Assembly (NCBI RefSeq): GCF_902652985.1
Contig: NC_047021.1
Span: 35,526,001 to 35,590,000, forward strand
Source: Pecten maximus
Lineage: Eukaryota
Reading direction: 5' to 3'
DNA length: 64,000 nt
The notes below the pieces were generated by a model. It was given only the letters and a program-made list of their open reading frames with translations. It had not been told where the DNA came from and did no database searches. Below, in pieces: positions 14,042 to 26,875 of the stretch; the first letter of the stretch is position 1; each line of letters opens with the position of its first letter. Both the position numbers and the translations under genes were made by a program.

Positions 14042-16822
14042 ATGGCGACATTGATGTATGTCATAGGTCTGATAGGCATCGCTACTTGTGCCAGAACTGG
14101 ATCGCATTTGCAGGAACGTTTTCTTTTCCATAATGTTTTCCCGGACCGGATTAATCCTAACTCTCTTCAGAAACTTTGGTGGATCCGGAAAATGTCTCCA
14201 GACTTATATTTGACGGGACGTCTCACGGACAGACAAGTTAAGTATGCGTCCGAGGGGGGATTCAGAACCATTATTACATTATTCCGTTTCAATTCCCCGG
14301 GACAATTGGGACTGGAGACATTCCCGACGACAGATGGGGCGAAGTTGATGGCAAATAGTCTAAACATGAATTTTCGGGCGATATTAGATTCAGAAGACGA
14401 CTGGTATAAAGTGAGTACCATTGAAAAGCTGTCCAAAGCCATTAACGAGATGGAGAAACCAATTCTTCTTCACTGCCATCGTGCACATACCATTACATTT
14501 GCTACATTGATGTATTTGGCTAACCAAACAAGATACGATCCTAGCTTTCGTCCAAAAATTACGAGTGACGTCTTTTATCAAGAAAGTGCATCTATAGGTT
14601 TAGACTTTACGGCAAATAAAACGTCAGAAGTTGTATCGAAAATCACCGGAAGTAAAGTACCGGAAGTGTTTCCGAGGACGACAGCATATCCGACAGAATG
14701 GTCGAACTATTGGCTGGTTCATTTCGTTTACAAAAATTGGTTTGTTGGAGGGCAGATCCACTCCACACATCTATCTGCTATCGTCGACACTGGCATTAAA
14801 CATATCATCAACTTACGGTTAGGAGTCTCAACACACAGTCGGGCGTCACAGGAACCTGTCACATTGCTTAACATCGTGGACGGCACGCCCACCTACGGAA
14901 ATACCACGCTTGGGCCTCGACAATCTCCGGAAACGCTGATCAGAACTAGAATTGATCTTGACAAACCGACTACTTACATATCCGAAACGTCGCCGGTGAA
15001 CTATGAAGAGAGGAACTCCCTGGAGTTTGGAGACGAAACCGGATATAATGAAGACATGGAACAAACTGCTGTGGAGAAAGCTGGATTGACCTACCATCAC
15101 CTTCCGCTGGGTAAGTGGTCGTCTTTTCCTGTAACACGAGACCAACGTCTGCTCCCCATCTCCATATTGAGGCAAGTTGGTTTATTTTAAATTATATTAT
15201 TCAATGGTAATGTTGTAATGCTTGAATGGTTTGTTTTTGTATTCTCCCAGATTCTCATAATTGACTTGTATTTTGTTCAATTTCAGTCAGAGCGTGTCCC
15301 AATGTGTTATTTTACTTTCTTTTGTACTCCAATTATAAGGTGTTATTTGTTTTCACCAAAATTACGAAAGTAGAATATGGAAAGACGCCCAGGTTAAAGC
15401 CTTTCAATGTGTTTGTTTATGAATATAAAACTTTATCAGGTTAAACTTTATGATACCCTATGGATTATCCTCATATAATTTCTACCAAATCTGCTCAGTT
15501 ATGCCAAAATTTCATAAATAAGTATAAGTATGTATAATAAACATCTAAAAATCATACGATATATATTTTGTAAATTTTATCATAAAGGTAAATTTTGAAA
15601 TTTCGTCATTGTCTTTTCTGAAAAAAATACGGTCATATGTATATTTTCATCATTGATGTTTTACGGGAGAAGACTGGAAGCAAACACGGGCGCGCCGAGC
15701 AACATTCCCAGATTATCCCAATACCGAGAAGTTTCACTGTCAATTCCGGATGGCTTTTCGCAGTTAATCTATATGTAATTGTTGTCTAGCGGACACACAT
15801 TGACCCTGTAAATGATATTTTGATTTTACCAAATCCTTTTCATTGCCTTCGTGGCAACAACCAGTGCGTCTGATTTCATCACAGGGAATCGAGAGACACG
15901 ATGGCATTTTATCGAATTTCAAAATGGCCCCCAAAACGTCTCAAAATGTGCTATACACACTAGGGAAGGTCCAAATACATGTAGACTGTAACTAATTCTC
16001 AAGTCCCTGTGACAGAATCTAATATCTGTAGTTCCAAGCAAGTCATGTCCTACCCACATACCCTGATCGCATTATAACACAGATACCATCCAACTAATGA
16101 AAGTATATCCCATTTCTTACAGACGAGAATCGGCAATACAGCAGGGAGTTGTATTCCGAATTTAAAGATAAATTTATGGAGGTCGGACAGACTGGTGAGC
16201 CAATCATCTTACACTGCTCTGACAGCAGACGTGCAGGTAAGGTATTACAAGATTTAGTTTGTACTCAGTTACACGGAAGGTTCAACACAAGGTCACAGAA
16301 ATTGTACAGATCATGGTGGAGTGTCATAATTTGTTAAGACCTTTTTGAATCTTCAAGACTTGTGTTTAGGTAGCAATGCTACGTCATTTCAGAGCCATGT
16401 TGAAATATGTCATTGGATTTCCCCTCACATAACACGCATTGTCACTTTGGATTGTATCTCCATTTATTTATTTAATAGGCTCTACCAATGAAAAATTACA
16501 TGTGCATAGGCATATCTTTAAGTTTGTTTCATATAGAATATACATGGAAAACCTCTGCACTGTAAATATTCTATTACCCGTATATGAACGCAGTTTTACA
16601 GTAACATAAGCCAAAACAGTCGTTATATGTATTTTCTTTATCCTATATATAGCCTACATGACGGTCCTCTCTGCAGCACTCCAGGAGGGTCAGCATTTAC
16701 AATGGGCTTTGGCCAAACTTGACGAGATAGGGTTTCCAATAGGACCGCTGGTCAAACCGGACGTATACAGTATGTATGTCGCGTGGTTGACCGATTCCAT
16801 CAGCAATGAGACTGGCCGCTGA
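14042..16822 (+). CDS. Predicted secreted tandem DUF442/TIGR01244-like (PTP-fold sulfurtransferase/phosphatase-like) protein, copy A (450 aa). Exons 14042-15110, 16123-16236, 16653-16822
   Basis: Hydrophobic N-terminal signal-like peptide. Two repeats of the pattern (G[RQ]...G[FI]xx[IV]IxL...xGxxYxxxP...P[IV][IL]LHC); second active loop HCSDSRR (CX4R). Phase-1 introns with canonical sites, and exon 2 is 114 nt as in copy B. Confidence 0.88.
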
Positions 16823-18752
16823 TGAAGACAAAGCAGGACGATGCCAAAGTCGCTTCAATTGCTGTTAAGATAACCATCATGTTTACAACTCGTTAATTAT
16901 ATCTGACTTATAATTAAACTAAAGCAAATCGACAAAATATGTTTTTATTGGAAAATTTCGCATCTGCTGTTTACTTTTTGTTATTCATAGTAATTTGCAA
17001 TTTATTTCATTTAAATGAATTACAAAGAAAGAAGTTATATCATAAAAATAAATTTCTGCATATAAATGGGATAAAATATATATTTTGATCCGTAGTTTTT
17101 CGTATGGGTCCGGATTAACAAGGTAATTCCATTTCTTGTCAAGCATAAGGCAAGTTTGCTTCTTCAAATAATATTTTTATTGATTTAAACATATCTGTTG
17201 TTAAACTTCTAACAAGGGATTTGGCATAAGATAAAAAAAAGATTGTATTATAACATAACAACCGTGTTTTCTGTGTCCTCGTCCATTACATAAAGTGAGC
17301 TATGAGCACACGTGTTATTGGCCTAGCGGCCCCGTGATTCGTTGTAAGTTTTCATCTTTTCCATTGTGACGTCATAATTTCTTGACGTCACATGTGTTGT
17401 GACATCATTAAAAAAAGAGAAATGCAGTTACAAATATTGCCATTTTTGTATCATGTCACTGATAAAAAATTTTATTATGAAAGCCACGAAGATATCATTT
17501 TATCTCCACAGACTTGAAAAAATAAATAAATAAAAAAAACTCGTAGAATAAACCTCACTTGAAATGGAATCACTGGTACAATCTTCCTTTTCTGTATTGT
17601 TTTACAGACATAACGCCATTATTAATAATTATTTTATAGTAGATGAATCAAGATTGAATATGACATATTTGATTATTTATATCATGAATAATAATTAAAA
17701 AAATAGCTAGATATATATTGTAATAAATTATGACTACCCCATAAACCTTGGACTGATGACTGCTATAGCTTATACGGTTAATACAGGTACCCGTATTAAT
17801 GGTAACTGTACTTAACACATACGTCCGCGAATACAATGAAATTTAAAGGTTTGTTTAGAATTGTTTACTTGTTGCCAAGGGAAGTAAACCATTTTGCAAT
17901 GTATACCTTACCACAAACGACGACACAGGTCACTGGATCTACATATATATATTCATTGATATACATATAGACTTAACAAAAATTAAGTTAAAAATATATA
18001 GGTTCATAAATATATTAAAAAGTAAAATGAATATATTGAATTTATATTATGGAATAATGAACGGAACTTTTAAGAAAAAAAATTATGATTGCTTTCACAG
18101 AGAATGAACGGATAGAGTTATTTCACACATTGATAATTAGACAGGTGAGCGAATACAGGTAAACACAACAAACACGTGTATACACACATACATGTACAGT
18201 TCTGTACGTACTTGGAGTCGTTAAGAACTGGAAATAACAACACTAGGTCATACAGGACAAAGATAGGCCGATTTTTATTTGGTACATACAAAAACACGAC
18301 ATTCGTGATTTTCACTATGCAAAAGTTTTCAGTATTTTTAAACTGGTGTTATCTAAGATCAAATGAAGACCTGTTTGAACGATTTTGGATATATATATAA
18401 CAGATCGAAGGGAAACTAGATAGCGACCACCTGTCCGGATAAAAAACGTCCATGGACTTCATAGAACTGTGCAGTTATCCTGAAAGTTGTAGTCATTTAA
18501 CCAGGAATTGGGATACGCCTCCCTGCCGTCGGAATATTCATGTTTATGAACATGCATTGTTTCAACGTATTTATTTATTCCTGACTATCCTGTATGTTTA
18601 CAGAGACATATCGAAAGGTTTGTGTGTTTAAGGATTAGTTAACAATCGATTCTTTGCACTGTATAACAAGCAGATATGGCCGTTTGTCAGAGACACAACG
18701 ATCTGAGTATATTTTACATTTGGTCATATGATCCGTTTGATTTTTAATAAGT

Positions 18753-21700
18753 ATGCAAAACGGAAGTTTGTTACCAGAAGGATCCACAAGAACCGGAAGT
18801 GTTCTAAACGAAAGGATGCAACAAAATGGCGGCAGATCCTGTCAAATTCATGAAGAGACAACGCCAACACATACAATGGCGATGGCTGCCCTTCCCAAAC
18901 CCGTGGCCGTCGTCTGCTGTGTGTCGAATTTCGCCTTTCCGGGACTTGGTAAGAAAAAATAGCATCACATTACGCATGCGTACTCACTTCCAACATTATA
19001 CATGACGTGCAGTCCCCTGAAGCATATTATGCTGCATTGGAATGTAGGTTTTGTGTAAAAAAGCTTATGTTATTCTCGTTACTTTGTGTTAAAAAAACGT
19101 CAAGGTCATAACTGTTTGTCAAGGTCAAAAAGATTAACAATGAAACAGAGACTTGGCACGAATTTTCAACCCATGGTCCATATTAAATGTATTGAATATG
19201 TACCGTGTATAGACCATGGGTTGGAAATTCGTGCCAAGTTCCTATGGTAGAGGATGTGTTCAAACGAGATAATGTTATGTTGATAGCAATAATTCTGTGC
19301 GAATGGAAGACTTGATGATGTCTGAACAGATAAAGCCATTTTCTAACTGTCAGGAAAATTGTTGACATTCCATGTAGACTATTTTCTTCTCTTTCTGTTG
19401 TTATTGTTAGTTACTAACATTACATCATTCCATACTCTCATAGAGTAAATGACGTCACAACAGAGCAAATTACGTCATACACTGTCTAAAACATTTTTTC
19501 ATCGTACATTTATATAAAGACATGTACATGTATGCAAACAATAACAACCAACATAACAGTTTGATATGTAGGAATATTGCAAGGTTTGAAATGAAATAGA
19601 ATTCGTTGTAAATTAAGCTGACTGATGTCAGCACAGTTCAGTCAACCCCGGATTTTTGAAAACATGAGTAATTTACAAACGTATTTTATCAAAATTTGAT
19701 TTTATAAAATATTTATAAGAAACAAGATTAAGATATAGCATAAATGCTACAAAAGAAGTGATGTTTTGAAAGTTTCAGATATCAAGAACTAACAATTACC
19801 AGAAAAAAAATAATATTTAATATTGTTAACCTAACAATGCTTCTAAAATGCCAAACCGTTGTCCGATCTGGCCAATTACGCCATTGCTATACATAAAGAT
19901 AACAAGCAAAGAAAAAGTCAGCTTAACCTTTGTAAGTGTTAACAACAGTAAAATTGTACACAATGCTTGTTAGTGAGAAAGGCATTCAACCGGACAGGAG
20001 AAACACTCTCCGGTTTAAATGATTTCATTCAATTTCAGCGACATGGAAAGACAAATACTTAATCTCCTTTAAAGAGGTAACAACACATGTTAAGTAGTGG
20101 TTGGATCCTTACGAAGTTAAACCGATAAACATTCTTTACAGAAAAAAAAACAAGTATGTAAACATAGCTGAATGTCGTTAAATGCTTATGTGTCTCGTAA
20201 TAGAATTAAAGGGGTATTCCTTCGTTTGAATAAAGTTTAGGTCGTCAAAATGGAACTTAACGGAAAACATGTATTTTCCCCCAAGTAGTGGAAGTTATAA
20301 TCTTTACATTAATTCGGCAGTTTTACTCGTAAGGTAAACCGAAGTTCTGCAAGTATTAAGTCCTAAATATTTTGAATTCGCTAATTACCGCAAAGACAGA
20401 CGGTATTTGTGTTAGTTTAGTTTAGTTTAAACGTATTTTATTGTAACAAATTTACAACAGGATTGGGCACAAGTTATTACAACTTATAAACGCCCTCTCC
20501 TAACACAGTGACATATAAATAATTACAAAATGCTATAAAACACATATTTAGTATTAAATAATATATGTATATTTTTTTATAGAAAGATGGAGAGAGAGAG
20601 GGGGGAGAGAGAGATAGAGAGAGTGAGGGGGAGAGAGAGTGGGGAGAGGGAGAGAGAGATAACTTATGGATGGGCAATAAAAATGTACAAAATAACACAA
20701 GCAACAATGGTATACATTCAATAACGTATAACGCATATAACAAACAAGTAATAAGGATAAACATTCTCATTTCAGACACAATGGATACACGTTTTACTTT
20801 AGAATATAAATCGATTGATTTCTTAAAATCTGTTACTGTCCTTTATGAAATGTTGAACACATAAGAATACTTCAGAATTAATATTAAAAGACATTTCTTG
20901 ATTACCATATAACAGAAAGTCTAAATCTAAGGGTACATGTAAATTTAAATCATCTAACTTCTGAAAGAGAATGTTTCTTTGAATAATGTAACGGCCACAC
21001 TCAAAGAAGAAGTGATGAGCATTCTCACACAAATGTCCACGCGAGCAGCTCGGAGTTTCCGCAAGGTTCACTCGAAATAAATCATAATTTAAAGAACTAC
21101 ACTGGTGCCTAAGCTTCGTGTGACTAATGCTAATTTTGCGGTCACCGATGCCAAAGAAGGGAGGAGGAGAAATCTGATTTCTAGGTTTCAAAGAATTTTT
21201 GAAAATGCTAAGAGAAGCCGACGATCTGACAGAATGTTCAAGGGTGTTCCAACAACGAAGCGTAGACGGTAAGAATGAAGAGGAAGTTGACGGTAATCTA
21301 CAATATGGGATTCTATAATCATTTACATTTCTCAATGGATACCTAACATTATCTTGAACAGTAGGGGGAAGTAAAGAAAAAAGATACTCTGGAGTTTGAT
21401 CGTTATGCATCTTATACAAAAGTTGGAAGTTTTCTCCTCTTTCTTCTAGCAGACAAAGTTTCTAAACCAGTTTCAAATTGTAAGGCGTAAACACTTGCAT
21501 ATGATGGAAGACCCATGATAATTCTTGCCGCTTCGCGTTGGGCTTTTTCTAACTTTTCAGATTCTAAATTAGTACATCCATCCCACAATTCACAAGCATA
21601 CTCTAAGATTGGTAAAATAAAAGTTAGGTTAATTCTCAATAGAGCGTCTCGTCTTAGTATACATTTCAATTTTCTCAGAGTATTTATTTTCTTCATAACA

Positions 21701-24700
21701 GAAGTGTATATAGCTTCTACATGATCTCCCCATTTTACACTAGAGTTTAAAGTAACACCCAAATGCTTATGGCTATCTGTAAAGTCTAAAATGTTTCCGT
21801 CAAATTCAAGATCTAATATTTCATCTAGTTCATTTCTATTCGAGATAAAAAGTACATCAGTTTTGACCGAAGTATTAAGAGATTCAAGATCTCTATTAAG
21901 AATAGTTTGAATTTGAATACAAGAAGAGGAGGAACATTGAAGAGAGGTGTCATCAGCGAATAGACGAGAAGCTGAATAAAAAATATATGCTATATCGTTA
22001 ATGTATATCAAAAATAAAAGAGGCCCTAAGATAGAACCTTGCGGAACCCCGGCACAATTAAGCTCAATTTTGAAACAGACTCGTTAATACATACCATTTA
22101 CTGCCTTTGATGTAAGTAATCCTTTAACCAAACGATCAGTTTACCTCCTATTCCATATGATTATAATTTTACTAATAGACCGGTATATGTGTACAATTTG
22201 TCATTTTTTTTCCTGTACATTTCGGCGAAAATTTCGTTATACTAGTAGACACAAACACATATATAATCCTTGTTCGGACATCATCAATAGAAATTTCGCA
22301 TTTTCTGTTGTCCGAACGAAGGAATGCCCCTTTAAAAGTTAATTATTGCAAAACTCTATAAATAACTTGCCTGTTTTGGGCATGGGGTGGTTGTAGTTAG
22401 TTGTATGAACTATTATTGCATAAACCAGCTAAACAGCGAAACAAAAATGTATTTTTCTGGCACACACCGTACAGCACAAAAAACAATGTCGGTCTTTATT
22501 TTCTTATCTATAATGATAAACACAACACCTGCTCCGGACCTTATTCACCTAATGTAACGACACTTTGTGTACAAAACATGTAAAATTTAGAAGCGGTATA
22601 CATGGGAATAGCAGAAATTGAATAAGATAAATAGATCAATGGAATTTGAAAGTGAAAGTAAATCCATACTATCTCAAATATCACAGCCAGCTGTTTGTTT
22701 TGCAATACGATCGATACGGATTTTTTTTCTCGCAATAATCTGTATCAAAATGTTATAAAGTAGCACTTGCAAAATCAGATAAGACAATGTTATGATAAAA
22801 ACATTGTAAACGTAAAAGCCAAGATTTTTAATGCCGAATCAATACGCATGGGTCTTTGTGTCTATGCTGCAATAGGAGATATCAAGCGGTGATGTTCAGG
22901 GTTTCCGGACTTTTCTTCTCCAAAGTGGAAAAAATGGGGAAAAATAAGAGATTTAGTACATTGTTATTAAGGTACATGTACATCAAGTTTTATGATACTG
23001 TTCTTCTTTTCATTAGACAGACATACATTTTCCGGAAGTCACACCCACAACCGGAAGTTGCATATGCTTGGAGTCAAAATCAACATACAAAGTATTATAT
23101 TTACATTCTGTGTTGCATTTGCCTATATGTCGTTAGTAAACCAAATTGTATTCACGAGACTGTATACTACAATTTACAGTGATTCGGTCAGAGTAGGAAT
23201 ACAGCCCCAGGTGTTGCTGGTCAAAACAATGGCCGCCAGTTACTTTCGGCCTGGAGAGATTTCGAATGCTAGCATTTATTATCCACAAAACAAAAAATAA
23301 AGCAACTTCACAAGTTATGAGAGTAATATTTTATAATTAAAACAAAATGTAGTCAACACAAAATAACTATAAGCACCGTTCTTGATCTAAGAATGATCAA
23401 ATTGTCAATGTCGTCACACTCACAGGGGCTCGTTTCCGAATTTTCAGAAATGTAAGACAACATTAAAAGTCCAGTATTTGTAAAAATAAAAATAAGATAA
23501 AAATCTTGTGAAAAATCGGGAGCATCGACATGGTTTCCGGTTGTGTATGTATATTAGATTTTAGTTTTGTGGTTATTCACTGATGTTAAAGACCTACCTT
23601 ACAAAATCGAGCCCCTGTGAAGTTGAAAATCGTCTGCTAAGTTAGCGACACTGATGTGACCGGTTAGACTGAAATCTTTTTCGAACGAAATATCTTTGGA
23701 ATCGTTTTCACCTACTGTCAAGACGACTTTCATTTAGAATTTAAGAACTGAAATTCTTCTGAAAACAATGTAAATCCAGTCGATAGAAACTGAAGTATAT
23801 CCGAGGAATCGAGTCTGTCCTGTGCAATACCCGTTCAAAGTCGCATCACTTCTAAATGTTAACCGTATAGCATTGCGCCGAAAAACGACTTAGATTTTAA
23901 ACAATCAAAAATTATGCAATTGTGAATAACTTGACGATATCTACAAACGTATATGAAATAGAAAATAAAGCCAAATTTGTGTAAAACCATTGTATGTGTT
24001 TGCTATTAATAACGACATGAGGGACTATATTATTCCTTCTGGAAGTTTCGGCTGTTCCGGTATTTGAACCTGATGACGTCAGTGATAGGGGAAGCGGCAA
24101 ATTTAAACGCGTCTTAAGCTACAGTAAATAAAAAAAAAATATGAATGTAAATATAAGCATTGAACTGTTACCAAATGGTAGTATACAGTCGATATGAATA
24201 CAATTTGGATGACAGATAAATAGAATGGATGAACTATTTATCTGTCAAGTAAACAACCGGAAGCTAATATATTTTTTCGTATTTTCCAGGAACCATGATG
24301 ACTGGATTTGCTATGTGCTGCTGTGATCGACATGGCGTTAGGAATCGTTCGGATGTGTGTGCTAACTGTACAGCTAACGTTGTGATTGGACTGTTACAAA
24401 TCCTCCTTACCCCAATCTTCCTGCTTGGCTGGTTATGGAGCTGTATGTGGGGAATACTCTTCCTTCGTACCGCAGGTAACTTTATACATGTTATCATTTC
24501 CTTGCTTGAACCGGATGTTGTTAACACGGGAAATAAAGGAGCACACCGTGATATCTGTAACCAAACAGTACTAGGTAGCCCTAGTTTTCTCTGGCCCTGT
24601 CACTATGTCTCGTGTAGGGCCAGAGCGCACTACTATATGAAAACGTGGAATTCTCCGACACCGTTTGGTGTCACTAAGAATCTGGTGCAAATACAATAAA

Positions 24701-26875
24701 ATCGGGAGTGACATAACACCTACCTTACATGTATGGATAAATGAGATATTTATTTACCCCAGAACACCCATTTAGTCCCATTTAGGTGTTTAATCCGTCC
24801 GTATAGACCCTCGCTTTACGCTAGTCAAAATTTCGTACTGTCACATTTCATTAAGTAGGCGGGGCTTCCGTCCCATTAAATTGTAAACAGAGTGAAAACA
24901 CGTGATTTCTGTTTGATTTGTTGCTTCTGACATATGGAAGTCTGACCGACCAGGGTTTTCTCATTTGGAATTAATATTTCATCGATGGATTATCCCAATT
25001 GACTGTTAGGCTTACCGTGTTTATGCTGTTCAATAGCCGCATTTTCGTAAAATGTTTCTATTAAGCTTCTATCTATTCAATTATGGCATTTGATTAATAC
25101 CCATTCGGAGACATTCTTTAATCTGTTCCAGACCATTATGTTTATTAGAAAAGCATAAAGCATATCATGGGAATGAGTGGCTATGGAAAATTTGATATGC
25201 CACTAGCCACTGAGGCAATTCAAGTGGCATATAAAAATATAAAACGAGTTTAATAAATGTCATTTTACATAGCCACGAGTGTAAGATTCTGTTTATCAGA
25301 TAACTTTTATTTATGAGAATAAATTTGAATTCAAATTTACTTCTTCACAGTAAAAGACAAGTGGAATTTTTCGGACAATCATGAGATGTCACAAATTCAT
25401 TGTGCCGTTATAAAATACATTTGCATGTGTGACGTCACAATAGTGTTACTACATGTGTGTCTTACGATATGTATTCCATGGCCATGCTGTTTAAGGAATT
25501 TCAATAGTTCAATTCAACTTTAAGCCTGACTGCACATAAGTGTGTACAAAGAAACATCATTTTCAACAATATATATATACAATATGTAAGTTAGGAGATG
25601 GACACAACAATAGGCGTAACTGGTGATAGGAACAAAGAAATGTTCATTTCAACAACATATATAACTGGTGATAGGAACAAAGAAATGTTCATTTCAACAA
25701 CATATATATATACAATTTATAATAGTCGGGGGATGGACAAAGCAATAAATATAGCCGAAGATAAGTACTTAAAACATTATTTTCAATAGCAATAAACAAT
25801 TTGTAAGAATAGTTAAGAGGCCAAACAATAGGTTTTACTGGAGATAAACACATATAAATATGATATTGATCTACATGTATAACAAAGGTTGGAACATGAA
25901 CCGTGTTAGCCATCTTGATTGCCAACACTCCACATTACAATCAGTCATGCATATAATTGATAATATTCAACCTGTTGGTGAATTTAAAAGTGTATAAGTG
26001 AATTAGGTCAAGCAAATTGTGCGCGTTAGAGACGAGGACTATACACATGTACATGTATAATGTCAAACATGCAATGATCTTTTGATTTAAGTCCTTCTTG
26101 TACTAATCAGGCAGACCGTCGATCATGTTTTACTTTTTGTAAACTTTATATCTTGGCAAAGAGAAGCATGTGTATATTTTTTCCGGCCATAAGCATTTTT
26201 CATACCGTTAAATGTGGAAAATAAAACATATACTTATTAATCAGGATGGCGGTCATTCTTTCCGGAATCATTCTGACATAATGTAGTGTATAATGATGAT
26301 TTGAATTTTAATAAGAATGTTCCGGAATCCATCATAAGTTGTATATATTCAGTTCTTAGGACATCAATCATTTCCTGTAAACTGTCATATTATCATATAA
26401 TGATTATTTTTTCAAATTTTGATCTTACTGTATACTAGTCGCAAGCCCATGCGATTCCAAGTGTTACAGTCTACCAGTGCGCGCTTGGACCTATGTTAGT
26501 GAGTATAGATTTCACACGCTAGAATATGTACACTTGACGAATTCTCAGGTCCCCGTGTGGTAATGTCATATACTTATTAATGAACAATTAATATGTATGT
26601 TTTCTTATAATGATGTTGTAGATGAGTATGACAATCAGCACAGACAGAATGACTGTATGACGTCATCATCTAATGACGTCGACATAATCCAGCAGACAAT
26701 CGTCAACATTGAGGCATGCGCACTAGACCCTGGTCAAATTCACAGAACAGTTAATCCGTACGACGCAGACAAACACGATCCTCCCCCTCGGTATGAAATC
26801 CTCATCCAGGATTCTGATGAAGACGATGACCTTGAGCCGTCCCCTGAGGACAACGAACCTCCTCCCCCATACTGA
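18753..26875 (+). CDS. stum/SPEC3-family membrane protein, copy 3 (about 211 aa) with acidic PPxY tail. Exons 18753-18948, 24290-24475, 26622-26875
   Basis: MAALPKPVAVVCCVSNFAFPGLG|TMMTGFAMCCC...IGLLQILLTPIFLLGWLWSCMWG. Intron positions and phases match copy 2. Ends EPPPPY*. The start codon is uncertain. Confidence 0.88.
20210..22331. mobile_element. Non-autonomous TTAA-flanked DNA element (Kolobok/piggyBac-type MITE) interrupted by a LINE
   Basis: TTAA|AGGGGTATTCCTTCGTTTGAA ... TCCGAACGAAGGAATGCCCCT|TTAA: terminal inverted repeats of about 21 bp with TTAA target duplication. Confidence 0.7.
20413..22160 (-). mobile_element. 5'-truncated, frameshifted non-LTR retrotransposon (CR1/L2-group reverse transcriptase ORF2 remnant)
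   Basis: GVPQGSILGPLLFLIYIND and RLFADD RT motifs (about 22050-21950), HKHLGV, and a C-terminal Cys/His motif. Frameshift near 21415. The 3' UTR has (CT)n, AATAAA and a (TAAAC)n tail. Confidence 0.93.
23420..23620. mobile_element. 200-bp MITE
   Basis: Terminal inverted repeats TCACAGGGGCTCG / CGAGCCCCTGTGA. Confidence 0.7.
25617..25708. repeat. Short tandem duplication (about 45 bp x2)
   Basis: TAACTGGTGATAGGAACAAAGAAATGTTCATTTCAACAACATATA is repeated directly. Confidence 0.9.

Noticed and set aside
16820-16825. TGA TGA at the end of copy A as selenocysteine codons
   Set aside because: The position matches the paralog's C-terminus and no SECIS was recognised.
20823-22011. Domesticated or active reverse transcriptase gene
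   Set aside because: 5'-truncated and frameshifted, with no endonuclease domain and a typical LINE 3' tail.
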